64,000 nt of DNA from Candidatus Amesbacteria bacterium (lineage in GTDB: Bacteria > Patescibacteriota > Microgenomatia > CAZETR01 > Amesbacteraceae), in assembly GCA_963736875.1 (NCBI GenBank), contig CAVTQH010000002.1:270663-334662 (forward strand), given 5' to 3'. Shown here one piece after another: positions 59,128 through 64,000 of this stretch. A program made the position numbers and the translations under genes. Each line of letters starts with the position of its first letter. Positions within the stretch are counted from its first letter, which is position 1. The notes beneath the pieces were generated by a model. The model was not told the DNA's origin, did no database searches, and saw nothing but the letters and a program-made list of their open reading frames with translations.

Positions 59128-59703
59128 ATGATTACCCATGATCAGGCTTTGTCTTTAATCCGTACCCATGTCAAAAATGAGAATATTGTCAGGCACATGC
59201 TGGCTTTAGAAGCCGTTATGGGAGCCCTTTTTGATCACCTCAAACCTGCCGATAGCAGCACCAAAGAACAGTGGATGTTAGCCGGTCTCCTGCACGACGG
59301 GGATTATTGTGATGAGGTTCCCCATAATTTGCAGGGTATAAAAATTGTTGAATGGGTAAAAACTTCCGGGTATGAAATTCCGGACAATGTGGCTCATGCT
59401 ATGGCTGCCCACAACTGGACCAACACCGGAGTAGAACCAAAAAACCGGATGGATTGGGCTATTTTTTGCGCCGATTCTTTAACCGGCCTGATTGTCGCCT
59501 CGGCACTGGTAATACCTTCCAAAAAATTGGCTGATGTAATAATCAGTTCCGTTCTCAAGCGTTTCAGGGAGTCGGGTTTTGCCCGCGGTACCCGCCGTGA
59601 AGACATTGCCCTTTGTCAGGACAAGTTGGGATTATCTCTTGAAGAATTTGTATCCATATCTCTCACAGCTATGCAAAATATTGCCGGTGATATAGGTTTA
59701 TAA
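59128..59703 (+). CDS. HD-domain protein
   Basis: RHMLA.EA.M, GLLHDGD, DSLTGLI.A. Confidence 0.88.
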   Translation: MITHDQALSLIRTHVKNENIVRHMLALEAVMGALFDHLKPADSSTKEQWMLAGLLHDGDYCDEVPHNLQGIKIVEWVKTSGYEIPDNVAHAMAAHNWTNTGVEPKNRMDWAIFCADSLTGLIVASALVIPSKKLADVIISSVLKRFRESGFARGTRREDIALCQDKLGLSLEEFVSISLTAMQNIAGDIGL

Positions 59704-59707
59704 GTAT

Positions 59708-59920
59708 ATGAGCAAACAAATGGAATATAAGCAGGGATACATGGCGGAGACATTGGGGAAAGTCATAGTGATTACTGATTTTGTCTCCATGATTATTGCC
59801 ACTGCGGCCAAAGTGGAAGTTCCGGATTTTGTTTACATCTGTCCCGTGGCAATAGGACTCATCGGTTTAAACATGATATTTAAAGGCCGGGAGATGATGA
59901 TGCGGAACAAATTCCGGTAA
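59708..59920 (+). CDS. small hypothetical membrane protein
   Basis: 70 aa with two hydrophobic segments. Confidence 0.45.
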   Translation: MSKQMEYKQGYMAETLGKVIVITDFVSMIIATAAKVEVPDFVYICPVAIGLIGLNMIFKGREMMMRNKFR

Positions 59921-59959
59921 CTCCGTACCAATTGATGTAAAATATTCTCAGAAACCTGT

Positions 59960-61277
59960 ATGCTCGATATTAAATTTATCCGCGAACATCCTGACGAAGT
60001 TCAGAAAAACATTGATTTCAGAGGCGGTAAAGTAACAGCCTCTGAGGTTTTGGAAATTGATAAAAAAAGGCGGGATCTGATCGTAGAAATTGAGACTATT
60101 CGGGCCAAGCGAAACCGTCGGCCGGGTGAAAAGCCGGACGCCGGTGAGATGGACGAGCTTAAAATACAGCGCCGGAAATTGAAGGATCTGGAAGGGGAGT
60201 TGGCGGTCACAGAAAAGACTTTTGAGGATAAACTCTCCCGTTTGCCCAACATGTCTTCTCCGGATATGCCCAAAGGCAGGGGAGATGCGGATCATGTTGA
60301 GCTTTGTGCCTGGATTCCCAAAACAGGTTATCTTTCAAAGGACCAAGCTCGGGACCGGTTTTCATTCGGCTCAGTATATGCCCCAAAAATCCGGCAAACA
60401 CCATGTAGATTTGGGAAAAGAATTGGATGTTATCGATATCGAACAGAGCGCCTTGGTCTCCGGTTCCCGCTTCGCTTATATCAAGGGAGATCTGGTGTTA
60501 TTGCAGTATGCGCTGTTTGATTTGTTAAAGAAAAAACTGTTGACCGAGGGCTTCATTCCCATGTCTGTCCCGATACTGGTCAAAGAACGGGCATTATTTG
60601 GTACCAGTCATTTTCCTGAAGGCCGGGATCAGGTTTACCAAATCAATACGGAATTTGTTGAAGACAAACAACCTCTTTACCTGGTCGGTTCTTCCGAACC
60701 GCCGCTTTTTGCATATTATATGGATAAAGTACTGGAGGAAAAGAATTTACCGGTAAAAATGTTTGCCATTAGTTCGTGTTTTCGAAGCGAAGTCGGCTCC
60801 TGGGGTAAAGATGTCAGGGGAATAAAAAGAGTACATCAATTTGACAAATTGGAGATGGATACTATTACGGTTCCTGAAAAATCCCGGGAGATGATGGAAT
60901 ATTTAAGGGGTATTAATGAATGGCTGATGCAGCAGTTGCAGCTGCCGTACCGGGTAATAAACAAGTGTTCTGGTGACTGCGGTTATAATGCGACCTATCT
61001 TCAGTATGATTGGGAAGGCTGGTTGTCTACCCAAAAAGAATTTATTGAGTTGGGTACGGATACCGACGCCTCCGATTATCAGGCCAGACGTTTAAATATT
61101 TGGTACAAAACATCCGATGGCCAAAAAAGATTGGTCCATACAATCAATGACACCGGTTGCTCCACCCGGATGCTGATTGCTATCCTGGATAACTGCCAGA
61201 ATGCTGACGGATCAGTTACCATCCCCGAAGTTCTCCGGCCTTACATGGGTAAAGACAAAATTCTTCCCGGGATCTAA
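59960..61277 (+). CDS. serS: seryl-tRNA synthetase (single frameshift near 60340)
   Basis: MLDIKFIRE N-terminus; CFRSE.G..G.D.RG..RVHQF.K, DYQARRL, DGSV.IP.VLRPYMG. Confidence 0.93.
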
Positions 61278-61286
61278 AATAAAATT

Positions 61287-63110
61287 GTGACAAAAAGTCA
61301 GAAAAAACGGATCGGTTTCTCCCCTACGGCAAATAATTTTTATTATAGGATTTGCCGGCCGCTTTCTATGGAAAAGCAATCCCGGATTATTTCTTGCAGT
61401 AATATTTCTCAATTCGGTTTCCAGCCTGATTATCGTCCCTAACCTGCTTTTGGATAAATACTTTATTGATATTCTGGTAACCAATATCGGCAAACCCAAT
61501 CCGGAAAAGACTCTGAAACTTATTATGTTGATTGTCGCTGCCAGGCTGGGGTTGGCTCTTTTTCGCACCATTTCCAACCGTCTTTCCGGTTTTTATTCCC
61601 GGTCTTTCTTTTGGCACAATAACCAAAGGCTGGAAGTAATGGTGGGGGAGAAATATGCCACTATCAGTGTCCCGGTTTTAGAAGATCCGAAGTTTAAAGA
61701 CCGGTACAACCGGCTGGAACGCGAAGGTTTGAACCGTGTCCAGCGTGTCGGTGAAAATTTTGTCCGGATTCCCCAGCATATCACCGGAATTATTTCTTCA
61801 TTATCGTTCTTTTTTACTACCGAGCCGCTGGTGGTGATAGTCTCCCTTTTGTCACTTTTGCCTTCGGTAATCGTGGATCGGATTTACATCAAAAAGGATT
61901 ATCAGCTCGACCAGCAGGTCACTCTTCTTCATCGTAAACGGGGAATGTATTACTACTATCTTGGCCGCAGCCGGTCCTATCTTGAATCCCGTCTTTTAAA
62001 TATCCATAAATATTTAAGCCGTAAAGTGTACGATCTGTGGGAAGAAATTATCACCCGCCGCCTGCGCCTTCTGCGATCCTGGCGGACTCTGGGGTTTCTG
62101 GCAGGGATCATTGACAATACGGTCTCCTATTCATTTGATGCCATTTTCGGTTTTCAGGCCATCATCAGCAAAATTACCATCGGTACCGCCCAGGCTTATA
62201 TCAGGGCAATTTCCACATTCAAGTCCAGCGTTACCGATTTAACCACCAATCTTATGGAGTTGTATGAAAATTATTTCTATCTTAATGATCTGCATTGGTT
62301 TCTGAACCTGGATACCCCTTATTACAGTAATTCGGGACCGGGATTACCGCCGTCGGATAGGATAAAAATCAGTTTTGACCATGTCTGGTTTAAATATCCG
62401 GGTTCAAATAATTGGATATTAAAAGGAGTGACTTTCGGCATTAACCCCGGGGAAAATATTGCTCTGGTGGGTAAAAACGGTGCCGGTAAAACCACTCTGG
62501 TGAAGCTTCTGTGCGGCTATTACACGCCCCAGAAAGGCCGGGTAACAATTTCCGGAATTAGTATTAATGACATAAATAAAGTCGATTACTGGTCCAAACT
62601 TTCAGTCCTTTTTCAGGACTCTGATGCTTTCGGAATTACAGTCAGAGAAATTATTGCCGCCGGAAATATTTCAAAGATATCGGACCAAAAATCCTTATCG
62701 ACCACGCCAAATTGGCCCAAATTGACGATTGGATTCAAAGTCTGCCCTTAAAATACGATAATCCCATCGGCCGCGATTTCGAAAAAGGGGTTACCCCGTC
62801 TTCCGGTCAATGGCAGAGACTGGCCATCGCCCGGACTTTATTCAAAAATCCCGAAATCATGGTTCTGGACGAACCGACCAGCAATGTCGATCCCCAGGCT
62901 GAAGAAAACATATTTAATCAGATTTTGGCGACCGGATTGGACAAAATCATTTTGTTTATCTCTCACCGTTTTTCAACCGTCCGCAGGGCTAATAAAATTC
63001 TGGTTTTGGAGGATGGAAAAATATCCGAACAGGGGACTCATGACGATCTTTTAAATGCCAATGGCACTTATGCCCGCCTTTTCCGCCTCCAGGCAAAAAG
63101 TTATCAGTAA
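61287..63110 (+). CDS. ABC exporter, fused TMD+ATPase (frameshifted)
   Basis: GKNGAGKTT; S.GQWQRLAIAR, LDEPTS, ISHRFSTV. Confidence 0.85.
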
Positions 63111-63129
63111 TTTTGAATGCTAAAATACT

Positions 63130-63603
63130 ATGATGGATAACTCTCTGATTACATCCAGCCGGATTACCGATGATTTGGCCCGGCAATTAAATCAGCAAAA
63201 TGAAAAGCAGGTTAAAGATGAAGAAGTTCTGGAAGGCGAAGTTGTCGGGGACACACCCGGTTATGCAGAAACTTCTTCCGGCTCGGCTCCGCACTTGCCG
63301 GGGGATTCCAGTCCCGAAAAAGAGCTCAGGTCCCGCATAGAATCCGGCGAGTGGGACAATCTGGATGATCTGGAAGCTTTCCGGGCGCGGACTCCTGAAG
63401 GTCAGTTAATGGCCAGGACGGAAAGCTTGGATTTCCGTATCCGTCAGCTGGAACAGCGCCTGCCGCTTCTACTGAATCAGCATCTTCAGGATGCTTATAT
63501 CCAGGTCCTTAAAAAAGTCCATGCTTTAAGAAAAACCAAAGGGGCGATTTTTTACTTTTTCTATAAAAACTCGGGTCAGCGGGATTTAGACAGCGGTCGG
63601 TAA
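63130..63603 (+). CDS. hypothetical protein
   Basis: 157 aa ORF with TAAAAT just upstream. Confidence 0.5.
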   Translation: MMDNSLITSSRITDDLARQLNQQNEKQVKDEEVLEGEVVGDTPGYAETSSGSAPHLPGDSSPEKELRSRIESGEWDNLDDLEAFRARTPEGQLMARTESLDFRIRQLEQRLPLLLNQHLQDAYIQVLKKVHALRKTKGAIFYFFYKNSGQRDLDSGR

Positions 63604-63606
63604 GTT

Positions 63607-64000
63607 ATGTTTGACTTTTTTAAGCCGAAGACTCTGGAAGAGGTAGATTCCGAATACAGCGGCCGGATTCGGGTGGTTTCAAACTCTCGGCAGCCGTCAT
63701 CTGGCTACCGGACCCTTAACCCAAAGCGGAGGGTTGGTCAAAGAAGTTTGGGATCCGGTATTAAAAAAATTCGGCCGCAAAAATAAATCCTGGTTGATTT
63801 TGGGATTGGCCGGCGGAACCATCGCCAAAATTATTTCCGACAGACTTGTCACCATCCGTGATTACCGGTATTGAAATTGATCCTCTGATGATCAAATTGG
63901 GTAAGAAATATCTTGAATTGGGAAAAATTCCCCGTCTGAAAATTGTAATTGCCGATGCCGAAGACTATTTTGCTGAAGACTAACGACCACTATGATTACA
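63607..64000 (+). CDS. spermidine synthase-like SAM methyltransferase, frameshifted and 3' truncated
   Basis: LILGLAGGT, GIEIDP.MI.LG.KY, IADA fragments. Confidence 0.6.

Noticed and set aside
57-63186. Many short antisense or alternative-frame ORFs in the ORF track
   Set aside because: They are shadows of longer, motif-bearing genes with no independent support.
7616-64000. Programmed frameshifting or mass pseudogenisation (DUF2177, DUF1295, kbl-like, pilin, GH57, GH13, glgP, serS, ABC exporter, last ORF)
   Set aside because: Scattered single-base indels hit even the essential serS while catalytic motifs are intact. Uncorrected sequencing/assembly error is more parsimonious; read mapping would confirm.

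Overview
This looks like a chromosomal segment of a small-genome bacterium. Gene content and architecture suggest Patescibacteria/CPR, probably Microgenomates-like (inference); TGA is used as a stop. The backbone carries a MacAB-type exporter with a two-component system, prs, a type IV pilus locus, lon, a glycogen/alpha-glucan cluster, greA-lysS-fic-HD-serS, tRNA-Gln(CTG) and tRNA-Glu(CTC). About ten genes, including serS, are split by single-base frameshifts that are most likely sequencing errors. The main discovery is an AT-rich region of about 9.3-18.5 kb lying downstream of the 3' end of tRNA-Gln. It is an integron-like array of mostly single-gene cassettes: NUDIX, glycoside hydrolase, methyltransferase, ASCH, GNAT, SLOG, MazG-like, then a kinase/nucleotidyltransferase/MBL operon. 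Cassettes are separated by six copies of a 34-bp direct repeat (consensus TTGCTGAGCRNNNCGGTCTNGAACCATTCTATCC), with extra degenerate copies. The repeat is not an attC, dif or CRISPR repeat. It keeps the GCTG-N14-GAACC register of the tRNA-Gln 3' end, and it varies largely at synonymous positions of a peptide AE(H/R/Q)xGLEPFYP. This points to recombination sites embedded in a recombinase C-terminus that stack cargo genes at the tRNA. No recombinase gene is visible in the window, so the mechanism is inferred.
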